From: Lama glama
Taxonomy: Eukaryota
Assembly (NCBI GenBank): GCA_028534125.1
Contig: CM052817.1
Location: 65,908,001-65,972,000 of the forward strand
Direction of reading: 5' to 3'
DNA length: 64,000 nucleotides
Shown: positions 1 to 14,529 of the stretch, piece after piece
Layout of the letters: each line of letters begins with the position of its first letter
Position numbering within the stretch: the first letter of the stretch is position 1
Notes under the pieces: model-generated
Seen by the model: the letters and a program-made list of their open reading frames with translations, nothing else
What the model was told of the DNA's origin: nothing
The model's database searches: none
Translations under genes and position numbers: made by a program

Positions 1-517
1 AAGCATTAAGGTGTTGAGATAAGAAATATTTTTTGTTGTCTTACATTAAAGACAAAAATTAGCTTGGCTTCTGCCGCAAATCAGCACTTTTGAAATATGA
101 TACCCTGCAAAGACAGAATATGTCTTCAGATGCCTCTAAAAACCTTGCATGATTGGTCATTATAGCTTTTTTTACAAGTGATGATGAAATTATAAGTACA
201 AAGACAGTCCTGTTTGGGAGAACATATATCCCAAATTGGCCCCTACAAGGCTACAAGGCCAAACCATGTGCAGTAATCCCTAAACCTTATTTTCTTGTCT
301 TTCCTTTCTCTGATCCACTTTAACAATAACAAATCTTGAGCATCTATATCTCAATAAAGTGATGCTATTCAGAAATTATCTAAACAGCTACCGTGTTTTG
401 TCCTTGACTGTGAGTGTGACAAGTGCTTCATTACACTCTTCTACACAGCCAGGCACTTGAGTCCTGGGAGTTGGGGACAGCACAATAAAGCACTGAGAAA
501 CTGTTCATTCTGATGGA

Positions 518-1506
518 CTGGCTTCCAAACTGTAGCCTTTATACTTTTTACTCACGCATCTGCAAAATATCCTCAAAAGAATACTATTCTCACCTCCAAG
601 TTTAAATAAAGAATATAATATTATAAACATTGTCAATTTTTAAATGAAATGACTATACTACTTTCTTTAAACAAATGGCACATAAATATCATAGCAATTT
701 CATCCCACCATCATTCATTTAAAGTAAAAATCCATTAAGAAGCTATTCATTGACATTTAGAAATTTTACATTAGACCTTTTTTCTTTGAAATTGCATTTC
801 CATTTCAATTTCCCTGCCTTTACTTTAGTGAATTATATATTTGTACTTTGAAGTATTTTATCACCACATTATATTTTGCTGTCAAATTTAAATTTAAAGT
901 AAGGTATTTTTAAAATTTCCTGAGGCAGTATGCTCTAAGAGTTAAAAATTCCTTTGTAATCAAAATCACAATTATTAGTAGTGCATAACTGAGCTAGATA
1001 GCACAAACACATGATAAACATTTGTGAATATTTAAAAAACAAAGAAATAGAATTTGATTGGAATGTACCTCTTAATGATAAGGATGGGAGGGCAGTTACA
1101 TGCCTTGATTAAGGAGAATTCCTAGGCAGTGAGTTTTTCCAGCCTCTGTTTGTTTAGTACTCCAGGCAAGGTTCACAGCGATTATGTCTGGGGAGACCTA
1201 TGCCTTTCTGTTAAAATGGGAGAAAGGCAATGGAGAGAGGAGGTGGGAGAGGAGAGGCTGCAGTGAAGCCTGCAGGGTGGAGCCCAGGTGAGTCCCCAGG
1301 CTGATTATTTTCAGGAATGAGGACATATGGAAGCTGAGGATGTGAAAATGGATTTCCTTGTTCCTCTTGAAACCTTGGGTAACCCACTGTTTCAAATATT
1401 CTGGCATGAAGATAGCTGCTCTATCAAGAATTAGATTATTCAGTCTCTAGAGTTGACAATTGCTGGGAAAAAGATCTCCTCAACTAGCCATAACTTGAGA
1501 ATCCTG
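518..1506. mobile_element. Ancient hAT-Charlie-type DNA transposon remnant (subfamily not assigned)
   Basis: Degenerate hAT-like ends (ctggcttccaaact ... ttgagaatcctg) and an AT-rich interior resembling Charlie-family consensus, from memory. Confidence 0.4.
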
Positions 1507-3371
1507 CATTACTGATCCATTTGGGTCAGTGATGGTTAAATCTAGTTCAAAGAGATTGGAGGTGCTGCCCCTCACGAAACAGCTGTATGTATGCTTCCGT
1601 AGGTTACTCTATTAGGCAGAGAAGAACACCTTCAGGATAACAAATTTTTAAAAAAGCTCTGTAAAAATTCATCTTTTTGAGGATTACAACCCAAAATAGT
1701 TGAAATACCTTTCTAATTTTGATCTTAACAATCCCATATTACATATTCATAGACGATAAAATTGGGACATAAACGCTACTCATTCCGAATCACTCCAAAC
1801 CACATATCCTGAATTTCTTCCATATGTTTTAGCTCAACTAAAATCTCAGCATGGAATAGAAACTACAGTGGTGTGATATTTGGCACAGGGCTATTCTGTC
1901 TTATATGTCATTTTGAAAGGAACAGAAAATCCCTGAAAATGTATTTTTTAAATAAAAAGACTCTCCTGTGTAATGGACTTTGAAAAAGGCCAGTATAGCC
2001 TAGACTATTTCTTCCCACTTCTCTTGTCACAAAACATTACCGGATTCTTTGGACAGAAAGTCTTAAAAATGCACAGACTACTCCCAAATGTCAAATAACA
2101 GTCATTAATTGGTTATCTTAATACACAGGTAAAAGTTCCTTTGGTTTACAAGGACTAATTTGATTCCATGGACTCCTGTTCTCTGAGATATTGTGTTCCA
2201 TCTGCTCAGTAATTCCTCAGTAGAGTCACAGAAATTGGCTATAAGTGTAAATTAAAACTTGGGTAAAAATAAAAGACTTTAAAGCAGATTAGGAAGCTTG
2301 GTTGAGTTTTCAAGAAACTACCACATATTCAGCCTATGCCTTACAGAGGACTTCTCAGTTTATTTATATTTACCAAAGTATAAACCAATAGTGTGTGAAA
2401 TCCCACTTGAATTAAACTCTTTGTCATGACAGAAATGCATCACTTTTGTAAACTGACAAGTGAAAATAAAAGCAAAATGAGACAAAATTACAAATGTCAA
2501 GCTAATAATGTGGATGTATTGTCTATAGGAGAAACAATCATGATGCTTGGATGTTTAATCTACCAAGGATTATTTTGGATATAGGTAAGGATGCAACAGT
2601 TAAAAAGTTATTCATTAAGGGCCTAATTGTGCATATATGCTAAATGCTGGAAGAAAGCACTTAGACAAGATTTAATTTTGGCCCCTTATGGATTTATACA
2701 TTTATCAAACACTAGAGTGATATTCAAATGTTATCTCGGAAATTAAAGAGAATGAAGGAAAAAAAGGGCACAAATATAGTAAAATACTATGTTTGACTGT
2801 CCCACGTGTTATACCCTAGACAGAAAGCTAACTGAGTACCATCTGACAGCACACAAGAAAGCAGGCTGAAGGTAGTGTAACCCCGCCATCTGACAGCAGA
2901 GGATGGCCGAGGCACTGGCATCCACGGAGCTGACCTGAAACAAAGCCACTCAAAGGTCTTCTGATGCTATTCAGGAACTAGGCAGGGTTCTCTGTCAGTA
3001 CAGAGGGGGTGTGGCGAGGGCTTTGCCCAAAAAGGAGGAAAATGAGAATAAGGTTCTGGCCACCGACCAGTGCAAAGGCCTACACAGACGACCTGAAGAG
3101 GCAGAACGGCTCCTAGGCTCTGAGGCTTTAACATCACCGAAATATATTATCAGAGGAAAGGGATATATTAATTGAAACCTGCACTCATCACCCACAGAGA
3201 CATAAGACAGAAGAGAAGCCAAGAGAAACTTCTGAAACGTCTAGAGAAGGACCACGCAGGGGCCCGTGACAGCCCTTAAGCATTCTGGCCCAACAGCAAA
3301 GCTTCAGATCATAGATACCTGCCTGGCTCATTCACTTCTTTTAAGACAAATGAACTGGCATGTCAGAGGCC

Positions 3372-3512
3372 GAATAGCACAGTGGCAAAGAACCCGGGCT
3401 CTGGAATAAAAGACCAAGGTTTGAGTCCCAGCTCCTCCATTTACAGACTGTGCTTGTTGGGCAAATGACTAAGTGTCTCTAAGTCTCACCTTCCTCATCT
3501 AAAAAACGAGAA
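3372..3512 (+). mobile_element. MIR SINE
   Basis: agcacagtggcaaagaacccgggctctgga...gtttgagtcccagctcc...ttgggcaaatgact...ttcctcatctaaaaaa (MIR head and core). Confidence 0.85.
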
Positions 3513-6249
3513 AGGTTCCAAGTGCTTCATTTGCATGATTTCAAATGGTAAGTTGTTGACCTAAGGTCATCAGCTGGGAACACAAGCCATGATGCACGAG
3601 AGTGGTAGGCTGATGATCTGCTGCCCGGGTGAGTGGAAGAATTACCTAAGTCATGCTCTCATTCATTCTCAACAGTCAACAGACACGAGTGCCAGGACTG
3701 CGCCACCTGCAAGAGCACCTGGCCCAGGACACTCAGAAATGTCCGCTGTTTATATTAAGAAGGAAATGCTTGTGCAGAAGTGAATATTCCAGTTCTTCCA
3801 ATAGTTACATTTCTCACTGTAAATTAAAAGGTTGATTGTGTGATCTTCATTAATATCAAGCTGCCTAAGTTGGGATCTCAGTCGAGTTTTGTGCCAATGA
3901 GGCTGAAGGTTGGACCCCAGATGATGGCAGGGGAGAAACTGGGATAATGCTGGTTTTGCCTTGAGAAAAAAAACTAGACCACTCCACAAAGATGAGCTGG
4001 CCAAACAGAATCAAGATTTCTATTTCTTTTGAGTTCTGAGAAAAACTAGAAGAAAGTTTTGTAATTTCTTGTGAGCTAAGAGTAAAGATGAAGGAATGAA
4101 ATGGATTTTTAGAAGAGCGAAAATAGATTCCTGTCATAGCAAAATATTTTTAAACGTTAGATTTTCTGAGCATTTACTAAACTTTTTCGTATAGCCTTTA
4201 AGCCTGCCATCTGAGATCAAACAACTATAAAGAGAATGTTTTACAAACTCTGGACTCCCAACAACTCTGCGGTGGTTCCTTCAATTATTAATTATTCTCA
4301 TATAAGTATGATTTTCAGGTTAAGGAGCTGGACCTATAAAATGCTTTAGTATAAAAAAAAATCTTTTGTGCCAAAAACACAAGAGAAATATATTTTATGT
4401 TCTTCTCTTATTAATTTTTGGCAAGCTGACATTACCCACTGTAGCTCTTTTTATGAAGAATGCCTCTTTGACGTGCCAATTACCTCAACCTTGTTTGTAA
4501 GAAGTGAAGTTTTTCTAAAATATATAGGCACACATATACACAAAATCTGCCTTTGTTGAGTAAAGAGAGCTCTCTACTTCGATATCTTTCAAATAAAGAA
4601 TGCATCAAGGTTTACAGAGCCCATGCTTATTTCCTTTCATTATGCAACATGGACTTCCTTCTCAAATACATTTTATAAATACATTTAATTGAAGTGTATG
4701 CTTAGATATGGAATAGCTAATGTTTAATATAAGTTGGCCAATGTCACCATAAGTTGAAGGAAGGCTCAAATGCTACAAAAATCAATGGTTTTTAAAACTG
4801 CAAATGTTGTATATGTGTATAGCACATGTGACTATGGAAATACAGTATGAAACTCTAGAGTATTATTATAATATTCTAGCCAGTGGTGGACATGAGCCAA
4901 CCAATTAGCCGTAACAAGGATACGGCTGTTCTTTTTAACACTTAGTTTGTTCTGCAAAGTCTGGGTTTCCATGCAATGTGAAAATTATGCCACCTAATAA
5001 GGAAACTCGTTCGTGCAAAATAATGTAGTACAGTAAGAAGAGACACTGGTACTGTTAATGTCTGTGTCACTGTATCATTTTAGTTAGCAACTTAAAAAGA
5101 CTCACTGTAATCACATGGAAGTCAGACTCTATGATACTGATTACAGTAGGGTGGCTAACTAGGCACCTTGTTTGATAGCCAAGGCCCCAGAATATTGGTC
5201 CCATAAATATGATGGGAATTTATACTCCAGTACCTAGTAAATGCCTGCGCATTTTTAAAATATACTTCAGTTTTAATGATATACTGGATATAACTATTTG
5301 TTTCCTTTTTTGTGGCATAACCATGATGAAAAAAAGCAGTTACCCATACTATAAGGGGTGCAGAGTACAAAGGGCCATTTATAGTGGTAAAAATGATTCA
5401 GCTTATAAGTTACACACTGAAATATTAAGTAATTGAGAAAATTCAACAATAAACTGGAAGGTTGTGCAAACTCAGTTATTTTCAAAAAAATAAGAGAAAA
5501 AAACTGATAAACTGATAAGCACCTTTGCATATAATTTTCTGAAAACTTTTATGGATTTCTCACATGGCCATCCTTCTTAAAGCAGTAAAATACATAACGC
5601 ATTTTTCTTTTCCTTGTCAGAAGTAGAACAGGACAAGAAAGATGTCCTTTATGTTTTTCTCCTTCAGTTATTTTATATTTAATGAATATTTAAAATATGC
5701 AAATACTTCATCCTCATGCACACTCTCCTCCGCCAACCCTCTAAGTCCTCTGTGAGACCAGCATGTTGAAAACTGTCTTTTTGTCGTATTAGACCCTCAG
5801 CCCCGCAAAGGTAGAGACCACATGTTTGTTTGCCACTGAATACACAGAAAGAAATATTCCATGAATAGACAACTTGACATGGAAATAAAAAGATAATATG
5901 TAAAATAAGATAGAAATATAACCCTATATTAAAATTGAGGTACTCTGAATTTTATTTTAGTTTTTGGCCTTTACAAATGACTTCAACTTTCTTTTTTCAG
6001 CTGTTATAAAAATAAAACAAATTTTGCTATTTCCCTCTTTTCAATACTGTTATCTGATAATCAAAGTTATGCCCTAATATTTTGTTTTCTGATCAAACTT
6101 GTATCTCACAGTCATCTTTCTGCATTTGGTGCAAATACTTTTCAATAGCTGCTGCCTGAGCTGCTACCCAAGTTTGGTTCTTACGCTGTCTTCCTCATCA
6201 CTCCTTTCTCCTTTGCTTGTTTTTCTTCCTTCTCCAGCTTCATCAAGGG

Positions 6250-6800
6250 ATAATTTCATGGATCAGCCCTCAATTTTCTGATATTTCCTTCTGCATCAGT
6301 AACTTTGGAGGCCTATCTGACTCTTAGCAGATTCAGTTGTGACTTTTAGTTCAAAGCCTTTATCACAGGCCAGATTTTGCTCCCAGTTTTCAAGGTTCCA
6401 CTGCCAAATCCTGCTTGCACATTTCCAGAGTTATGTGTGTCACTTTTACTCAAACACACGTCTGTCACTAAGCTCATCTTTCTTCTGAAACAGATGAGTG
6501 TTTTTCCATAAATGTTCTCATTCTCCTAGGCACCGAAGTTTGACCTATCCAAATCCACTTCTGTTTCCTTTGCCCCACTGATTCCAGAGCTGCAAGTCCT
6601 TGGACAGCTCTTTGGAATAGCTCCTTTTTCATTTTATGATTAACACTATCACTATTCGGATCTAGTCACTGTTCAGATCTAGTCAACTTCGAGATACTTT
6701 ATTAAGTTCCTAAATTATATCCCAACTCATCCTCTGTTCCAAGCATTTTTCCAAGCTTGGAAAAAGTATTTGCTTTTTCTCCAATACTGCTTTTATGATG
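6250..6800 (+). mobile_element. L2 LINE fragment (old)
   Basis: Pyrimidine-rich degenerate match to the L2 3' region (ctcaaacacacg...aagctcatctttc). Confidence 0.45.
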
Positions 6801-8684
6801 TTCCTCCTCTGCTCACAGACTGCTGGCTATGCTTCAAAGTTGACAGAACAAGAGTCACGTCACCGCCGTGCTCCTCAGAGCTCTTTTTCGGTAGTAGATC
6901 TAAACATTTCTTTGTATTTTCTATATTAAAAGGTGAGAGTTTCTCCCCCAAATGGCCAATTGTTATAGGACACACAACTGTTTGTTTTTTATTTTTTTCC
7001 AGATTCAGAACCTGAAATCTGAGATGCTGAGATGAGCTGCTCAGAAATGACAATAATTACAGCCACAAGGAGAGCTCTAAGCTAATGGCTCTTAGTATAT
7101 GTGCTGCCAGATGCACAAAGCAGAGGGGAGTTTTTAGGATGAAATTCATCTCAAGCATTCATCATGGCAGATAAATACAGCTTTGGTAGAAAATGATATA
7201 CTGGAACCCTTATAGAGGTATTCCTCAAGGACCCATAAGATGCCACGTTAGTCCCACTAATTCCCAACTTTGCACTTTAAAAAGTTCTGTATGAGTTTTT
7301 AAAGCTAGACAGAAAGTAGTGGGGAGACACTCTGGAACCTGTGATATTAGATTTGAAGAATTATCTAATAATTCAAAGCAGATGATGGGAGATAATTTTC
7401 TCGTATACAATTTAAATGGTTTCATAGAGGCATGCAAAAAACTGCTCTGATCCTGTATTCAGTGACTTGCCTCTGGTTAACATTAGGATAAGGCAAAAAT
7501 GTGGATAAAGGATAAGAGTTCCACCATGTGGTTTGCTCCTTAGATGAAAGCAGAGACATAAATTCTAATTTAATATTAAGTCTTTCCATTGCAGCCTGAA
7601 ACTATATTTGGCTTGAAATACATTAGTTTTATTATTTTTCTCTTGCCTTTCTTATTCTATAGGATTTCAGTTTCACCTCTATAATTCGTTCCTGTTAGCC
7701 AGACTTACTACATGGCGTAGTCTCAAACATAATTTGTATATATGTGTGTGTGTCTATACATATACATAAAGTGATCTCAGAGTCTAAGATTTTAGGACAA
7801 AAAGAAAGTTCCAAATAAATATTTCTAACTCATGAAATTGTCATTAGGTTTCTAATGCTTACTGCTATTCCAGACGCCCTTATTATAATAATGAACAGTA
7901 AAGAAAGCTCTGTGATGCAGATGGCTTGATTTCTATCAGCTGCTCCCTGCCCGCTGCCTCCCCATCCTGGCCCATCACACACACATTTTGGGATCACTTA
8001 CTAATTCTTCGTCTGAAATCAGTCTTCTTCATTAATGAGAATTAACTAGCAAATGAGATATATCTACTTGGATTTTTTAACTTCTCTGAAATGTTCTGGT
8101 AAATAATAAACCCAAATTGAAACCAGACTATCATTTTATCATCCAAAATCAGAAGTGGAAACAGGAATCAAAGACCCCAATACATATAAACTAGATCCTC
8201 AAAAGACATTCACTGGCATTAATCTGCTTCAAAATTTTACAAGACAAAAAAAGTTTTGTATTTTATTTTCAACATAAAAGAACCATGGATCAATTTAAAG
8301 CAGCAATCTTTTTAGATAGATAAGCTCTCCCATTCCTTTATTTGTAAGGCAGAAGCTAAGAAGGAGAGATTCAAGACGTGATTTCCACCCAGTAGAAGCC
8401 TAGGCGAGCCAGGAGACATTCTGTCTGCTCAGATACAATAAAATTTTTAACATTATCAAACACTTAAAACTTCTCAGAGTAAATTTAGGTTAAGAGAGTA
8501 GAATGATATTATTTTTTTTTTGCTTTGTCTTTCATGACCAAATAATAGTGCAAAAAACCCTATTTATTTTATGGACACTTAACAGAACAAATGAAAGTAT
8601 ATTATGTTTAGCTATTAGTGTTGTTTTGTTAAAAAAAAACTCATGCTGTTTAAAAAAAGAAAGATTTCAAGCATTGTAATCACA

Positions 8685-8890
8685 GAATGTGGAAAGTTCA
8701 GGAGCCTGAGGACCAGGCAGACGCCAGTTTGAATCCAAGCTCTATTACGTCCCTAACTGTGTGACCTGAGGTTTTAAGCCCACCTCCCTGAGTCTGGCTG
8801 GCTTCTTATGAAAAACTGGGATAACATCATAATACCTAAATCAAAGCGTTGTCTGGAGGATTCGAGATAATATAAATAACCTAGCAAATT
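8685..8890 (+). mobile_element. MIR SINE
   Basis: gtttgaatccaagctct...ctgtgtgacctg...aatacct...gttgtctggaggatt. Confidence 0.8.
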
Positions 8891-10650
8891 TACTCAAAAT
8901 GAATGACAGGTAATAATTATAAATTTTTGTTGATCAAAAAGGCACAATTAGGAAAGAGTTAGTACACAGAAATGGCTTAGGGTGATGCCGAGCACCTAAG
9001 TGTTAGCTGCCGCCGGCATCACCACTGAACGGTAAAGCGGGGCTGAGAGAACCTGAAGGAAAGAGGCAAAATTAATCCCACACCTTTCACTCCCCAAGGG
9101 CATGAGAGCTCCTCCCTGCCACAGGCTCTATACACACTAAGAAGTCACCTTGAGAAGATAAACAGAGAGGCATGGTCTGCAGAGTCACCATGACTACTTT
9201 GGACTTCTGCAGTTGACATTGGGTATAAAACAAAATACTGAGAAGGGTTGGATAAATGACTCATCGAGAGACGGCGCCTCTTTAGAATGAGCTGCAAGTG
9301 AAGGAAGGGCTTTCGTTAAGTCGTTTGATGTCTTCCGATTCCTGCTTTCACCTCAGTAGCCAACAACAAGCCCAGGAACCTGACAGGCAGAGCAGGAGGC
9401 CAGCCCCCAGGGAGGGACACAATCTGCAGGCTGCCTGCAGGAGGGATAGACAGGGTGGGAGAACTGGAAATTTTATCCTAAGGTTGAAAACAATACCCCC
9501 CCCCAAAAGCTTCAATATATGTTCTCAACACACTGTTGTCCCAAAGAGAGTCAGAGTTCTGGGAAGCTCTACAAGTTATTCTCTGAGCACCTTTGAAGAA
9601 ATCCATAATTTTTGTGACATGTTAAATAAAGCACTGAAGAACATTTCTGACGATTTACTCTAAAATGTACAATATCCTAAGTTAAACATATTTTTAATTA
9701 AAACTTAACTTCTGTCTGCTTTTTTTTTCCTGAGAGGGCAAATTCAGGAGATTTGAACTAAAAAAAAATCACATGGAGAGGTCGTAGCTGTTTCTCTGCC
9801 GGACTGACCTAAGACTTAAGCGTGGCAGTTAAGATTTCACTGGTCTATTTAGAAAGAACAAGCTTCTTCCAAGTGCCTTGAAAAGGACATGCACTCCTTT
9901 AATTGGAATGAACAGGCTTCAAAACAAGTGCTGATGAGCACAGCACATTGATTGGATCTAACTATTTTAAAGCAGAGGAAGTTCCAAAATATACTCTTTC
10001 ATGACGTGGCTGAGTGGGTGGGTAAAGAGAACTCACTTTAAGTGAAGTAGAACACTGAGGTAGTCTTGGCAATAATAGTCAACTGTGCAGCAGACACCCG
10101 CCCTCTTAAAATGTGCAGGCACTTTTGGCTCTAAGACCTGGCAGCACATAGTAGGTACTCAACGTATGTTTGCTGAATGAATGGATTAATGTATCATTAC
10201 AAACATATGCAGGTCTATTTATTCCATACCATAAGTTACATTTTTAACATACTGTGTATTATAATTACTGGTCAACAAACTTGGCTAAAACAGGGATTTG
10301 TTAACAGAGGAATATCAACATGTTAATGCTAATTAATCTTTCTTTCTAATCTTTCTTTTGAGGAATAAAAGGAATAAGGTGAAGAAAGATTTAGATTCCA
10401 CCAGATTAGTATTCTTCTTTTAGGAAAAAAAAGTCTCTGCCATTATAAAGAATAATCTCTCTTAAATGATATCACTATCCCTAGAAAAGTTAACAATGGC
10501 AAACTGTGGCTATAACCAGAAACACTGAGAATCTGTATAAGGCACAAAATATACACTGATTATCTGGATATTTTGAAATATATCAATATATTTACTTAAG
10601 TAAGTTCTTACTACTATTATTTAGCAAATTCTAACCTAGTAAAAGTTTTC

Positions 10651-10700
10651 ATACATATATGTGTATATATATATGTGTGTGTGTATATATATAGATAGAT
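10651..10700. repeat. (TA)/(TG) compound microsatellite
   Basis: atacatatatgtgtatatatatatgtgtgtgtgtatatatatagatagat. Confidence 0.9.
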
Positions 10701-11848
10701 AAATAGTTTTTCTTTCCTTCTCTATATTGTACATTCCCTTGTAACGTGAAAAATGACTGAGTAATAATATATGGAGACCAGTAATGAAGACAAGAGACGT
10801 TATAGAAAAAAAGAAAAACTATGAGATGGTTGGAATAAATGCACACTTTAAATTTATACAAGTACATGGACTCTATTTATATGAATGTATGAACATTTTA
10901 TTTTATTTTGCCTTCAGCATTAGGTATTCTGCAATTATAGATGTGATCTGTATTAAACTCAAGTAAACATTAAATCATGCTGTCCTGATAAGTAACTTTC
11001 AGAAAGGGCCACATTCTTGCTTCATTTTACCCAAGTGCAGTTTTTAAAGATAAAAATTGTATCAATTTAAACTTGCCACAATATCTAGTTTTCACTGCCA
11101 CCTTCACTCTTTATTTTATAACATGTCTTATTTTGTTTATATTATCTGTTTATGCATCAGTCTATCCAGACTGTAACTTCTTCTGAGGTCTTCAATGCAC
11201 TTTGGAATCCTGAGTGCCCTATGCAGAGTAGGTACTTACTAAATGTTTAAGGAAGTGAAGTTTTCCCTCATACTTTTGTCCTCCAACTACATTTTTGTTA
11301 AGTTTCCATTCATTTTAGGGTCCTTTAGAAGAGCCAGAGAAATTTTTTCTCTCCATCTTCATTCACCTCATAAATCTTTGTCTTTTATAGAAAGCATACT
11401 CTTCAAGAGTAACTGAATACCAAACAGTATCGTTAAAAACAACAATAAAAAAACCTCATGGCTTATTCATTATTATAGATATGAAAAAATATTGGGATTG
11501 ACATAAATACCGATATATCAATGTGTAAGTGCCTTCTTTTATCACAGACATCGTTGAAAAATTGACAGGAACAACCTCACTAACAGAGCCAAAAAAGTCA
11601 CTTAGCGATGTGAATTACCAAAAGATGGTGGTTATTAAGATAGTTCACTGCTTCAACAATGTTTTCAGGATAATAGGAAAATTCCCTCATGGTTTTTGTT
11701 CCTAATATTTCTTCAAAGCAACTAGAGAATAAACAATATCTTTCATTCTCAACAGTATGTTATGATTTGCACATAATCCAAAATCTTAAGACAATTATTC
11801 TCAGGGTTATCTATGAGACGCCAAGTAATCACCTGGCAAACAGCATTA

Positions 11849-12111
<263 letters not shown>

Positions 12112-12354
12112 TGAGGATAGAATCTCCTGCAAAGTAGTTTCTATCAAATTCAGATCATAAAAGTTAACAGTCTTTGTGTTTCTATGCAGACTTTATGTTT
12201 TTAAAATTATTAGCTCATATCTACAAAATCTAATGGTAACATTAACCAAGTATAGGTCAACAGACAATGGATAAATAAAAAATGGGGATGTGAATATACT
12301 ATAAATCTATGAAGGAGAAAATGGTTACTTTTGAATTTGTATTTATTTGTACAG

Positions 12355-12512
12355 TGATGCTCCTAGATCTAGACCAGATTACAAACTTATGTTCCTAGGG
12401 ACCAAGTGAATGCTGGATCCCTTTTTTAATTTGTTTAGTCCCCTAGAGAACCCAGCATAGTGATAGGCATGTGGTCTTGTGTTTAACAAAAATTATTGAT
12501 TGATGAATTAAT
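12355..12512 (+). mobile_element. L2 3' end
   Basis: cccagcatagtgataggcatgtgg...aacaaaaattattgattgatgaatt, the typical L2 terminus. Confidence 0.65.
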
Positions 12513-12527
12513 ATATTTTACTTTATC

Positions 12528-13627
12528 AGCTGCACCTTGAGAGAAGGGATTTGAAAGTGTGTTGCTGTGTGCGCTGGTAACAACATGCAATGAGTGAATT
12601 AAGGGGAAACGAAAGAAATGAGGACTGTTAGGATAATTTATATGATCTCATTAGGATAATACAACTCTTTAAAAATAACAGATACATAATTTTGACTGGG
12701 TTCAAGCTAAAATGGCTACCCTTTTTTCTTACCCCTTTGTATTATAATTCAAAAGTTGCTATTTTATTTCACAAACTACCTGTCAAATTGAAAGGTTAGG
12801 ATAACCATGCTTTCCTCACATTTCTGANNNNNNNNNNNNNNNNNNNNNNNNNNNNNNNNNNNNNNNNNNNNNNNNNNNNNNNNNNNNNNNNNNNNNNNNN
12901 NNNNNNNNNNNNNNNNNNNNNNNNNNNNNNNNNNNNNNNNNNNNNNNNNNNNNNNNNNNNNNNNNNNNNNNNNNNNNNNNNNNNNNNNNNNNNNNNNNNN
13001 NNNNNNNNNNNNNNNNNNNNNNNNNNNNNNNNNNNNNNNNNNNNNNNNNNNNNNNNNNNNNNNNNNNNNNNNNNNNNNNNNNNNNNNNNNNNNNNNNNNN
13101 NNNNNNNNNNNNNNNNNNNNNNNNNNNNNNNNNNNNNNNNNNNNNNNNNNNNNNNNNNNNNNNNNNNNNNNNNNNNNNNNNNNNNNNNNNNNNNNNNNNN
13201 NNNNNNNNNNNNNNNNNNNNNNNNNNNNNNNNNNNNNNNNNNNNNNNNNNNNNNNNNNNNNNNNNNNNNNNNNNNNNNNNNNNNNNNNNNNNNNNNNNNN
13301 NNNNNNNNNNNNNNNNNNNNNNNNNNNTCAGAAATGTGAGGAAAGCATGGTTATCCTAACCTTTCAATTTGACAGGTAGTTTGTGAAATAAAATAGCAAC
13401 TTTTGAATTATAATACAAAGGGGTAAGAAAAAAGGGTAGCCATTTTAGCTTGAACCCAGTCAAAATTATGTATCTGTTATTTTTAAAGAGTTGTATTATC
13501 CTAATGAGATCATATAAATTATCCTAGCAGTCCTCATTTCTTTCGTTTCCCCTTAATTCACTCATTGCATGTTGTTACCAGCGCACACAGCAACACACTT
13601 TCAAATCCCTTCTCTCAAGGTGCAGCT
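12528..13627. repeat. 300-bp inverted repeat (arms 12528-12827 and 13328-13627) flanking the gap
   Basis: The right arm is the reverse complement of the left arm; one mismatch seen (T12628 vs G13527). Confidence 0.97.
12828..13327. other. Assembly gap (500 N)
   Basis: Run of exactly 500 n; the round number suggests a placeholder size. Confidence 0.99.
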
Positions 13628-13741
13628 CGTGAGTTGTACTGGTTAGGCCGAGGCAGTTCTCTTTCTGAGTATTTCCAAATAAAAGAGGCCACATTTCCTC
13701 TCCTTCCTATCCCATTTTATTAAGAACATCTCAGGATTTCA

Positions 13742-13915
<174 letters not shown>

Positions 13916-14529
13916 CTATTTCTGCTTCTACACGTGGTTTTCCTGGATCCAGAAAAACTCAACTACTTGACTTAAGTTCCAAAACATCAAGGCAAATAGC
14001 TTCATTAGTCATGAATGTTTATACTACTGACGGACTTAAACTTCCCTCAGTGTAATATGCAACTGCACAATATACGAATACGATGCATGAAATGACATTA
14101 TAACTTGGCACATGCTATAGACAATAGTTAATCAAATGTCTGTTAGGAATTGGATCAAGCTCCTCTTGCAGCCAAGAACATTCTAGTCTTACTTAACACC
14201 TGGTGACACTAATAAAAGTAGCATAGCTAAGTTAGTATGATGTAACTTAATAACCACTTCAAATATTTGAACAGAACTTGTTTCTATTTTTTTTTAAGCA
14301 CACTTTTCCCCCAGTAGAACTCACAACAGTTGTACAAAATTGGTTAAATTAGACTGAATTAATAAAGTAAAATGTTTGGATTGAATCCTGCCTAAAATAT
14401 GCTGGCATCTGACTCCACCCTTAACTTCTGAAAGGGATGCACCATCCACAAAAATAGGAAAATCAATCTGCCTGCTTCACTCTGCTTTGTCTGGTGTCTG
14501 GAGGTTAGATACACACTCACATGGAGTGT

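Noticed and set aside
1507..1534. Short imperfect hairpin cattactgatcca...tgggtcagtgatg
   Set aside because: About 13-bp stem with G-U pairs, too short for a pre-miRNA and expected by chance or at a transposon edge.
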